Source: a virus
UHGV virus genome: UHGV-0052151
Length of the DNA stretch: 24,638 nt
Strand: one strand, 5' to 3'
The translations under genes were made by a program, and so were the position numbers. Position 1 is the stretch's first letter. Each line of letters opens with the position of its first letter. The notes under the pieces were generated by a model. That model did not search any database and was not told the origin of the DNA. It saw only the letters and a program-made list of their open reading frames with translations. Shown in pieces: positions 9,359 to 17,398 of the stretch.

Positions 9359-11125
9359 ATGAACACCACACTGACACCCGCAGATCTCGATCCCCGTCGG
9401 CAGGCCATGCTGCTGTACTTTCAGGGATACCGTGTAGCCCGCATTGCTGAAATGCTGGGCGAGAAAGTTGCAACCGTTCACAGCTGGAAGAAACGCGACA
9501 AGTGGGGTGACTATGGGCCGCTGGATCAGATGCAGCTCACCACCGCCGCACGCTACTGCCAGCTCATTATGAAGGAGCACAAAGAAGGGAAAGATTTCAA
9601 AGAGATTGACCTGCTGGCGCGCCAGTCGGAACGCCACGCGCGGATCGGCAAGTTTAACAATGGCGGCAACGAAGCCGACTTAAACCCTAACGTCGCCAAC
9701 CGCAACAAAGGCCCGCGCCGTCAGCCGGAAAAGAATGTTTTCACCGATGAGCAGATTGAGAAGCTGGAAGAAATCTTCCATTCCTCCATGTTCAACTACC
9801 AGCGCCACTGGTGGGAAGCCGGAAAAACCAACCGCATCCGCAACCTGCTGAAGTCACGCCAGATCGGCGCGACCTTTTACTTTGCCCGTGAAGCCCTGAT
9901 TGACGCTCTGCTTACCGGACGTAACCAGATTTTCCTTTCCGCCAGCAAGGCACAGGCCCACGTCTTTAAGCAGTACATCATCGACTTCGCCAAAGAAGTG
10001 GAAGTGGAGCTGAAAGGCGATCCGATGGTGCTTCCCAACGGGGCCACACTGTATTTCCTCGGCACCAATGCCCGCACGGCCCAGAGTTACCACGGCAACC
10101 TGTATCTGGATGAATATTTCTGGATACCGAAATTCCAGGAGCTGCGCAAAGTGGCTTCCGGTATGGCTATTCACAAAAAATGGCGACAAACCTATTTTTC
10201 CACGCCATCCAGCCTGACACACAGTGCTTATCCGTTCTGGTCCGGTGCGCTATTCAACCGTGGGCGCAATAAAGCCGACAAGGTGGACATCGACCTGTCC
10301 CACAGCAATCTGGCTCCAGGCCTGCTGTGTGCAGACGGGCAATACCGCCAGATAGTCACCGTGGAAGATGCGGTGCGCGGCGGCTGTAACCTGTTCGACC
10401 TTGACCAGTTGCGCATGGAATACAGCCCGGACGAATACCAGAACCTGCTGATGTGTGAATTCGTGGACGATCTCGCGTCCGTATTTCCGCTCAGCGAGCT
10501 GCAGGCATGCATGGTGGACAGTTGGGAAGTCTGGACCGACTTTCATGCACTGGCCCTGCGCCCGTTTGGCTGGCGAGAAGTGTGGATCGGTTATGACCCG
10601 GCAAAAGGTACGCAAAACGGCGACAGCGCCGGATGCGTGGTGGTGGCACCGCCAGCCGTGCCGGGTGGTAAGTTCCGCATTCTTGAGCGTCACCAGTGGC
10701 GCGGGATGGACTTCCGCGCCCAGGCTGACGCCATCAAAAAACTTACCGAACAGTACAACGTGACTTATATCGGTATCGACTCAACCGGCGTTGGTCACGG
10801 GGTTTACGAGAACGTGAAAGCGTTCTTTCCTGCCGTCCGGGAGTTTGTCTACAACCCCAACGTTAAAAACGCCCTGGTACTCAAGGCCTACGACATTATC
10901 AGCCACCGCCGTCTGGAGTTTGACGCCGGGCACACCGACATTGCGCAGTCATTCATGGCAATCCGTCGCGCAACCACCGCCAGTGGCAACCGCCCAACCT
11001 ATGAAGCCAGCCGCAGCGAAGAAGCCAGCCACGCCGATCTGGCCTGGGCAACAATGCACGCACTGTTTAACGAACCACTGCAGGGCGAGTCCGCCAATAC
11101 CAGCAATATTGTGGAGATTTTTTGA
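9359..11125 (+). CDS. P: Terminase large (ATPase) subunit
   Basis: 588 aa (P2 gpP about 590 as I recall); divergent from O; ATGA overlap with Q. Confidence 0.9.
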   Translation: MNTTLTPADLDPRRQAMLLYFQGYRVARIAEMLGEKVATVHSWKKRDKWGDYGPLDQMQLTTAARYCQLIMKEHKEGKDFKEIDLLARQSERHARIGKFNNGGNEADLNPNVANRNKGPRRQPEKNVFTDEQIEKLEEIFHSSMFNYQRHWWEAGKTNRIRNLLKSRQIGATFYFAREALIDALLTGRNQIFLSASKAQAHVFKQYIIDFAKEVEVELKGDPMVLPNGATLYFLGTNARTAQSYHGNLYLDEYFWIPKFQELRKVASGMAIHKKWRQTYFSTPSSLTHSAYPFWSGALFNRGRNKADKVDIDLSHSNLAPGLLCADGQYRQIVTVEDAVRGGCNLFDLDQLRMEYSPDEYQNLLMCEFVDDLASVFPLSELQACMVDSWEVWTDFHALALRPFGWREVWIGYDPAKGTQNGDSAGCVVVAPPAVPGGKFRILERHQWRGMDFRAQADAIKKLTEQYNVTYIGIDSTGVGHGVYENVKAFFPAVREFVYNPNVKNALVLKAYDIISHRRLEFDAGHTDIAQSFMAIRRATTASGNRPTYEASRSEEASHADLAWATMHALFNEPLQGESANTSNIVEIF

Positions 11126-12159
11126 TGGGAAAGAGTAAGAAAAACCGCGCTGCGGCGACGAATCAGATCCAGCATAAAAACCAGACTTCAGCCGAAGCAT
11201 TCAGCTTCGGTGATCCCGTTCCAGTACTTGACCGCCGCGAACTGCTGGACTATGTGGAATGTGTTCAGACAGATCGCTGGTATGAGCCTCCCGTCAGCTT
11301 TGACGGACTGGCGCGCACCTTCCGCGCTGCCGTGCATCACAGTTCCCCGATTGCAGTAAAGTGCAACATTCTGACCAGTACCTATATCCCTCATCCGCTG
11401 CTCAGCCAACAGGCTTTTTCGCGTTTTGTGCAGGACTATCTGGTATTTGGTAACGCCTACCTGGAGAAACGCACGAACCGATTCGGTGAAGTTATCGCCC
11501 TTGAGCCTGCGCTGGCAAAATACACCCGACGCGGGTTAGACCTGGATACCTACTGGTTTGTGCAATACGGTATGACAACCCAGCCGTATCAGTTCACGAA
11601 AGGCAGCATTTTTCATCTGATGGAACCGGACATCAACCAGGAGATCTACGGCCTGCCCGGCTATCTTTCTGCCATTCCATCCGCCCTGCTCAACGAATCC
11701 GCCACGCTGTTCCGCCGTAAGTATTACATCAACGGTAGTCATGCAGGCTTCATCATGTACATGACCGACGCCGCGCAGAATCAGGAGGATGTGAACAACC
11801 TCCGCAACGCGATGAAAAGCGCCAAAGGTCCAGGCAACTTCCGCAATCTGTTTATGTACTCGCCTAACGGCAAAAAGGACGGACTTCAGATTATCCCGTT
11901 GTCAGAAGTCGCAGCGAAGGATGAGTTTCTGAATATCAAGAACGTGAGCCGCGATGACATGATGGCAGCACACCGAGTGCCGCCGCAAATGATGGGGATT
12001 ATGCCTAATAATGTCGGGGGGTTTGGGGATGTGGAGAAAGCCAGCCGCGTCTTTGTTCGCAATGAGTTGATACCTCTGCAGAAGCGCCTTCAGGAATTGA
12101 ACGACTGGCTTGGAGAAGAAGTCATGCGTTTTGAAGATTATAATTTAGGTATTGAATGA
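11122..12159 (+). CDS. Q: Portal (capsid vertex) protein
   Basis: 345 aa (P2 gpQ about 344 as I recall); immediately after P. Confidence 0.9.
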   Translation: MMGKSKKNRAAATNQIQHKNQTSAEAFSFGDPVPVLDRRELLDYVECVQTDRWYEPPVSFDGLARTFRAAVHHSSPIAVKCNILTSTYIPHPLLSQQAFSRFVQDYLVFGNAYLEKRTNRFGEVIALEPALAKYTRRGLDLDTYWFVQYGMTTQPYQFTKGSIFHLMEPDINQEIYGLPGYLSAIPSALLNESATLFRRKYYINGSHAGFIMYMTDAAQNQEDVNNLRNAMKSAKGPGNFRNLFMYSPNGKKDGLQIIPLSEVAAKDEFLNIKNVSRDDMMAAHRVPPQMMGIMPNNVGGFGDVEKASRVFVRNELIPLQKRLQELNDWLGEEVMRFEDYNLGIE

Positions 12160-12164
12160 TATTT

Positions 12165-12195
12165 AAAAGCCTGTACAAACAGGCTTTTATTCTTT
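12165..12195. terminator. Bidirectional rho-independent terminator between convergent Q and cargo operon
   Basis: AAAAGCCTGT-acaa-ACAGGCTTTT hairpin with an A-run on one side and a T-run on the other, 6 nt after the Q stop. Confidence 0.6.
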
Positions 12196-12228
12196 AGTTT
12201 AAAATCACCAAGACATGAGCATTAAAAC

Positions 12229-12894
12229 TTAAAGATCCGGATCTACAGGCTCATGATATAGATTTACAGGGTAATGAATAACTTCATAATTCAGTTGAGT
12301 AACTGTGTGAACATGCTGGCTATAAAAAACCAATGGATTTTTTTGACAAGGAGTAATCGTTATAGATTTACAGGCATGAATTCTTGGTGCGAATTTATCT
12401 AAATGCGCCTTCCAGTTGCTCATCATTTCATTACATTTTCTATTACGAGTATAGATAATCAATCCACCACTTGCGCTGTCTACGGTCCCTGTACTATATC
12501 GCTCAGTGAGTTGAGCATACCCTTTAAATAAATAACTATATGAAGATGTATGTTTTTTGGCTTCGCCATGCCAAATATAATCCTTTAGTTTTATTGTAAT
12601 ATCACAATGTCCGCGCTGATTATTTTCATGATATGCTTCAATGCCCATATCTTTATTTTTGATATTGGCCAATAAAATTAAAGTAAGCTGATCTTCTGTT
12701 AAATCGAAGTTTAACTTATTTGAATTCTCTTCTATTTCCTTTACAGCAGAATCAAGTTCAATCCTGACAAATTGTTTGAAATTATCGTACGATTGAAGTG
12801 CAAATCTAACACGAGTAATAGAAGCATTAATACGCTGAAGAAAAATATCATTATCAATATCAGCCAAACTCATTGCTGCAGACATTTTTAACAT
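12229..12894 (-). CDS. Hypothetical protein, third gene of AT-rich three-gene operon; weak PD-(D/E)xK-like motif
   Basis: 221 aa; ATG at 12894 shares one base with the upstream stop (TGATG); AT-rich codons; segment GHCDITIKLKDYIWHGEAKK; no family recognised. Confidence 0.6.
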   Translation of the reverse strand: MLKMSAAMSLADIDNDIFLQRINASITRVRFALQSYDNFKQFVRIELDSAVKEIEENSNKLNFDLTEDQLTLILLANIKNKDMGIEAYHENNQRGHCDITIKLKDYIWHGEAKKHTSSYSYLFKGYAQLTERYSTGTVDSASGGLIIYTRNRKCNEMMSNWKAHLDKFAPRIHACKSITITPCQKNPLVFYSQHVHTVTQLNYEVIHYPVNLYHEPVDPDL

Positions 12895-13328
12895 CAGATA
12901 ATATCCTTTGATTTAGATTCATCTAATGTAAAAAAAGGAAATACGAATGACTTATAGTCATACATAAGCTCCCCTGTAAATGGGTTTGCTAAAGATTGAC
13001 TGATTTCCGCCTCAATAACTTCCTCTATTTCAAGTTCTACAGGGTCATGAAAATCATCAACGAACCAATAATTGAGTTTTAAAAAATCAACCTTTGGGCT
13101 ACAAAGAATTTGTATGGCCGGATAGATAACCTGCTCATACGTTTCTGGCTGTAAAACCTTATTATAACCACCAGCTATATTAAATAAATCCTTATAACTT
13201 AAAGCTATATTTGATGATTTTTTAGCCCTTGCCTCGATTTCATCGTACAAATAGCAAGCTAACGCCCCAATTTCAGGGCGTTCTGCACACATTTCTTTGA
13301 TGATCTTGGGCATATCACCATCCTTCAT
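12894..13328 (-). CDS. Hypothetical acidic protein, second gene of the operon
   Basis: Track ORF 12894-13340 (TTG); ATG at 13328 with GGAG 6 nt upstream preferred; acidic C-terminal half (EIEEVIEAEISQS...); no family recognised. Confidence 0.55.
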   Translation of the reverse strand: MKDGDMPKIIKEMCAERPEIGALACYLYDEIEARAKKSSNIALSYKDLFNIAGGYNKVLQPETYEQVIYPAIQILCSPKVDFLKLNYWFVDDFHDPVELEIEEVIEAEISQSLANPFTGELMYDYKSFVFPFFTLDESKSKDII

Positions 13329-13340
13329 TGCTGACTCCAA

Positions 13341-14447
13341 TTATAATATCAGCTTTGTGAGGGTTTCGAAATCATCTTTGGATATACATTTACTTAATAT
13401 AGCATAGTTAACAGGAGAGCAACTACTCCCTCCTAGATGCCTGCGGAGTGTTCCCGGAATGATAAGCTCTACGTTATCCGCTAATTGCAGTTTTGGATTA
13501 TTTCTATCAACTCTAATTCCAATACGATACAAACCAATACTGCCTACTGCTTTGATGCCTTCCTTATTAAACAAATCATCACGTAAGTCTTTAGTGGCCA
13601 CATTTTTCTTTTCTTTATGCGTAGTCCCCTCATTCGTCAAAAATGACAAATCAAAGACTTTATAGCTTAATTTTGAATAAGGCAATGAATTTTGTTTGAA
13701 AATTGGCTCAATTAACGGATAAAAATCTTTTTCCGATGATTTAAATTCATAACCGACATGATTATACAATTCACGAATAATGTTACTCTTTGCAAAAGTA
13801 ACATTATCACCAATAATATTACCATTAGTATCTACCAAAACATGAATTTTATTAGTAACAGAGTCTAATATACAGACATCAAAACATTGTCGCTTTTCTT
13901 TTCGCTTTGCAATAATTTCATCAAACTGCTTGTATTGCGCAAGTGCTGACGGGGGAATTTTTTCTCTTACAACTAATTCTCTGACAGATGAAAAAACAAG
14001 TATTGACTGGGTGTTTTGAATAGAATAATTAACAAGTTCAGGTTGATTTTTTACAGCATTTTGCAATTGGACATCATCAAGGATCGAATCAACCAATAAT
14101 GATGGTTGATTCATCAAATTCCATTGAAAACTAAATCTGTCATTTAGTGTTTTAATTACACTATTATCTACAGTCAAACTAAATATTGCTTTTTCACCAT
14201 AAACGACCTGACCAAAAATTAGGTCATTTACGTTTGCCATAATGCCATCAAACTTTTGCCTATCTTTACTTTTAAGATCAATGAGGCTTTCTAGTATTTT
14301 TTCGTTTGTTGCTTCACGCCCCCTACCTGTTGGCAGCCCTAAAGACGCAATAATTGGCCTTGCAACGTTCCATGTGAAACGTTCAGTTAAGGTCAAGATC
14401 GACTTTAACTCAGACTTAGAAAGCACTACTGGGACACTACCTGTCAT
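13341..14447 (-). CDS. Hypothetical protein, first gene of the operon
   Basis: Track ORF to 14456 (GTG); ATG at 14447 preceded by AGGTG; about 368 aa; no P-loop or other motif recognised. Confidence 0.6.
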   Translation of the reverse strand: MTGSVPVVLSKSELKSILTLTERFTWNVARPIIASLGLPTGRGREATNEKILESLIDLKSKDRQKFDGIMANVNDLIFGQVVYGEKAIFSLTVDNSVIKTLNDRFSFQWNLMNQPSLLVDSILDDVQLQNAVKNQPELVNYSIQNTQSILVFSSVRELVVREKIPPSALAQYKQFDEIIAKRKEKRQCFDVCILDSVTNKIHVLVDTNGNIIGDNVTFAKSNIIRELYNHVGYEFKSSEKDFYPLIEPIFKQNSLPYSKLSYKVFDLSFLTNEGTTHKEKKNVATKDLRDDLFNKEGIKAVGSIGLYRIGIRVDRNNPKLQLADNVELIIPGTLRRHLGGSSCSPVNYAILSKCISKDDFETLTKLIL

Positions 14448-14597
14448 AACTTGCACCTAGTCATCCAAAAAGCAATAAGAATTTGCTCTTGTCTTAATTT
14501 ATCCTTCGATACCTAACAAATTACCTCAATGTTGAAAAAATTTGCAAGCCATTTGCTTCTAAAAAGCGACCTTACTCAGAGTGTTACAAAACTAAGC

Positions 14598-14633
14598 GAG
14601 CGCGCGCTCGTATCCCCGCCACGCCTGCCCGCT
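14598..14633. other. Candidate cos (cohesive-end) site
   Basis: Minus strand reads GGCGTGGCGGGGATACGAG; its first 13 nt match the P2/186 19-nt cohesive end as I recall it (GGCG[A/T]GGCGGGGAAAGCA[C/T]). It sits in a GC-rich island between Q and A, where cos is expected; a 14-bp perfect palindrome CGAGCGCGCGCTCG (14598-14611) is adjacent. Confidence 0.4.
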
Positions 14634-14947
14634 TTATGTAGTGGTTTTCATGCACCTGCATGTTCTACGTAAAAGCCCGCTAGTTCTGGCGAGCCTTAGC
14701 AAAAACGATCCTTAAACGATCATGCGATTTCATGCAGCATAGTCATGCACTGTCTAAGAGAAGTGAAAGTCCGTATCTGAATGACCACTTGAAAAACGAA
14801 ACATACAGACTTACAAAGATGAAGCTCTACTGTGAGCGAGGAACATACATAGTTGCTCTGTAATAGCCAAATTTTAAGCAGGAAATCTCTTTTTTATGAC
14901 AAAACTATAAAGAAAAACAGACCGTTTCATCGCTCGATGAAAATATA

Positions 14948-16525
14948 CTACAATACTTTTCTCTCGATGGTATTTTTAATAGTCAACATATCTTTAGGAA
15001 TACTTTTTTTCCCCTCTATACGTATGGTAAACACAAAAAGAATAACGGCTGATCTCACAATTTTCATGAGTTGTAAGAGCTGTTTCTCAAACTTTTCTTT
15101 CTCAATAAACCTCACCTCATCAAAAAACCCATAAGAATTATATAAATCAACTAACATGTCTTTCTCGTGAATAACTAACAGTTTATGTTCTAAATCATTC
15201 CTCCATTCTTTAAAAAAAGCAAGCTCACCATTTTTATCATTCAAATCCATAGCAATACTAAACAAACCCAGCAATCCTTTATTATTTATTTTGTTTATTT
15301 TAAGCTTTCTTTTTTCATCACTAATCCGCCAGAAGTTATGAAAGTATATATGTCCTCTATCTGGTTTTAAATCAAATAATTGACACAGAGCAACTGCTAT
15401 TTTATCCAAGATACCAAAGCAAGCTCTAAATGCAACCCTTAACTTCTCAACATTTTCATACAATATTTCTCCATTATACAATTCAGAATAACATACCTCC
15501 GAATCCTCATCAAAAAACTCACTATCAACCTTATATTCAAAAAACATTTTTCGTGCTAAGGAATACTCAGCTTTAAGTCTATTTAACACCATTTCCATTG
15601 GCACTATAAAATCACCAAACACACCTTCCTCGGTGGTAGCAATAGTTATATTATCTTTAGATGACGCATAACAATTGCAATATAGCGAATGATCAGACAA
15701 CATTAGATTATTATCTATACAAAACCTCTGGTAGTTTGATAAAGTATCATACTCCTCCTGCGTGAGCCTTTCATCTGTACTTATATCCTCTATGCCATAT
15801 ACACATGATTCACTCAATATACTTTCGTTGTACTTTATTTTTCTTTGAAGAGCAACCTTCCATGAAGGAAAACATTTCCCTGACTTTATTGCACACTCAT
15901 AACCTCGAATAACTTCTTTAATCATTTTATATGTATATGTTGTAGATAATTCATTAAGCAATTCTAATGCCTCAGATCTGTTTACCCACGCCTGAGGAAT
16001 TGAGTTATCAATAGATATTGCTTGTTCATAATAATCCATTGATTCAGATATACGATATTGTTTTTTTAATACATTAGCTAGATTAACTATTAAATCAGGG
16101 GGCACCCATCCATCTTCTTGTGAAAGTTTAAACGCTTTCCAGTAATTATTTTTTACATCATTCAGCTTAATGAAACTATCAATATCTGCATTGTCATTAG
16201 GATTAAAATCAAGAACTGCGCTCATTCCATTTGCCAAGTTATAGTAATATAAGGATTCTTTCATTATAGTCAGAAATTCATTTTTATTGTTTATAAAGAT
16301 ATTTAAGCCTTCCTCTGCTATATTTTTTACATTACTAAAACTTCCGATATCAATAAGATTTCCGGCCAAATTAGATAATATAATTATTCTATTTTCTTTG
16401 ATTGTATTTATCTCATCGATACCGTTAAGAATATCCTTTACATTTTTATAGGCAGAATCAAATGAACCTGCATTAATAAGATCATCTACGAACCCCATTT
16501 TTGAAACAACATAGTTGATATCCAT
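14948..16525 (-). CDS. Hypothetical 525-aa protein; helical/TPR-like N-terminal region, C-terminal Rx4H (HEPN-like) motif
   Basis: ATG at 16525 with AGAGGA 6 nt upstream; strongly AT-rich; occupies the old/tin position of P2; no Walker A, no reverse-transcriptase YxDD motif; WRNDLEHK near residue 442. Confidence 0.6.
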   Translation of the reverse strand: MDINYVVSKMGFVDDLINAGSFDSAYKNVKDILNGIDEINTIKENRIIILSNLAGNLIDIGSFSNVKNIAEEGLNIFINNKNEFLTIMKESLYYYNLANGMSAVLDFNPNDNADIDSFIKLNDVKNNYWKAFKLSQEDGWVPPDLIVNLANVLKKQYRISESMDYYEQAISIDNSIPQAWVNRSEALELLNELSTTYTYKMIKEVIRGYECAIKSGKCFPSWKVALQRKIKYNESILSESCVYGIEDISTDERLTQEEYDTLSNYQRFCIDNNLMLSDHSLYCNCYASSKDNITIATTEEGVFGDFIVPMEMVLNRLKAEYSLARKMFFEYKVDSEFFDEDSEVCYSELYNGEILYENVEKLRVAFRACFGILDKIAVALCQLFDLKPDRGHIYFHNFWRISDEKRKLKINKINNKGLLGLFSIAMDLNDKNGELAFFKEWRNDLEHKLLVIHEKDMLVDLYNSYGFFDEVRFIEKEKFEKQLLQLMKIVRSAVILFVFTIRIEGKKSIPKDMLTIKNTIERKVL

Positions 16526-16812
16526 TCAATCCTCTTTAAACTAAGCTAATAATACCAATCATTATATGGATGAGATCAATATAGAACATGCCATCTCCGG
16601 CAAAAATCGTACTACATCAGACCAGTGCCCTTCAAATAATATAAATTGAACTTAGATACTTCTGCTTCAACCAGTGTGTTAAATCCATCGCTTGAACTCA
16701 GAACAAAAAGCGGACGATCACTTATCAAAATGGCCGTCCACCTAACGCCTCGTTTCACTCGTTGCCCAAAATAGTCCCCCATCAGAATGAATCCTCTTGG
16801 GGGCAACGTTTC

Positions 16813-17046
16813 TTAATGCAGCCAGCTGTCGTCTTCCCACACCTTCTGCATAATTTTCATCACTTGCTTCCTTTCTTCGTCCAGTTGCAGTCCGGTCAGT
16901 TCCACACCGTTAGAGCTACCTTTGCGAATGCGAATTACCGTTTTGGGATACAGGGGGCGCAGATTGCGGTAAAGCTCGGATTCAAGGGCGTCCAGGGTAG
17001 ACTGGCTAATCTTCTGCTCTTTATCGATCATTATTTCAATGCGCAT
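16813..17046 (-). CDS. DinI-like SOS protein (C-terminal-Tum-like)
   Basis: Track ORF 16813-17118; ATG at 17046 with GAGGTG upstream gives MRIEIMIDKEQKISQSTLDALESELYRNL...QKVWEDDSWLH, resembling the DinI N- and C-terminal patterns. Confidence 0.7.
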   Translation of the reverse strand: MRIEIMIDKEQKISQSTLDALESELYRNLRPLYPKTVIRIRKGSSNGVELTGLQLDEERKQVMKIMQKVWEDDSWLH

Positions 17047-17056
17047 AAAAGTCACC

Positions 17057-17245
17057 TCAGCTGATGACATCCATTGAGCGGTTGTATTCGTGGGTTCTGA
17101 TTTTTGCCATGAGTTCATCTGTCAGTTCAGAAACCCACTGCAGGGCCAGCCCCTTCTCTTCATCACTACACTCACTAGCCGCTACAAGCTTAAGAAAAAA
17201 ATCAATGCGCTGGAGCTTCAAAGACTCCAAAAAATAGTCCTGCAT
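17057..17245 (-). CDS. Small SOS-operon protein (possible antirepressor, 186 Tum N-terminal-like by position)
   Basis: ATG at 17245 with AGGAGG 6 nt upstream; 62 aa; LexA box 44 nt upstream; stop 10 nt before the DinI-like start. Confidence 0.45.
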   Translation of the reverse strand: MQDYFLESLKLQRIDFFLKLVAASECSDEEKGLALQWVSELTDELMAKIRTHEYNRSMDVIS

Positions 17246-17287
17246 CTTTCCTCCTATGACACCACAAGCAATACTGTATGCATAACC

Positions 17288-17307
17288 ACTGTTTATATTT
17301 ACAGTAT
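17288..17307. promoter_or_regulatory. LexA operator (SOS box)
   Basis: ACTGTTTATATTTACAGTAT: perfect CTGT-N8-ACAG with AT-rich centre, immediately upstream of the small ORF/DinI-like operon; a TTTACA -35-like hexamer lies just upstream on the minus strand. Confidence 0.7.
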
Positions 17308-17398
17308 ATAATAATCTTACTGATGTAAAACGTTTTTTTACGTTCATCAGCCTGATATACCTGGTATTATTAAGAGCACGAATTGTTAACCCGCGTAA

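Noticed and set aside
14460-14947. Possible retron msr/msd or other structured ncRNA in the intergenic region between the cargo genes (GC-rich, palindromic)
   Set aside because: No reverse transcriptase gene is present nearby (no YxDD-containing ORF on either strand); the GC-rich segment is better explained as a conserved phage cos region.
14948-16525. 525-aa protein considered as Old (ATPase-TOPRIM nuclease) or a retron reverse transcriptase
   Set aside because: No Walker A (GxxxxGK[ST]) and no RT motif C (YxDD) in a plausible context; the only FVDD lies at residues 12-15.
16612-16806. 64-aa minus-strand ORF between the DinI-like gene and the 525-aa gene
   Set aside because: Starts at a TTG with no convincing RBS and spans the composition boundary; more likely the terminator/promoter region of the flanking genes. 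Not excluded as a small gene.
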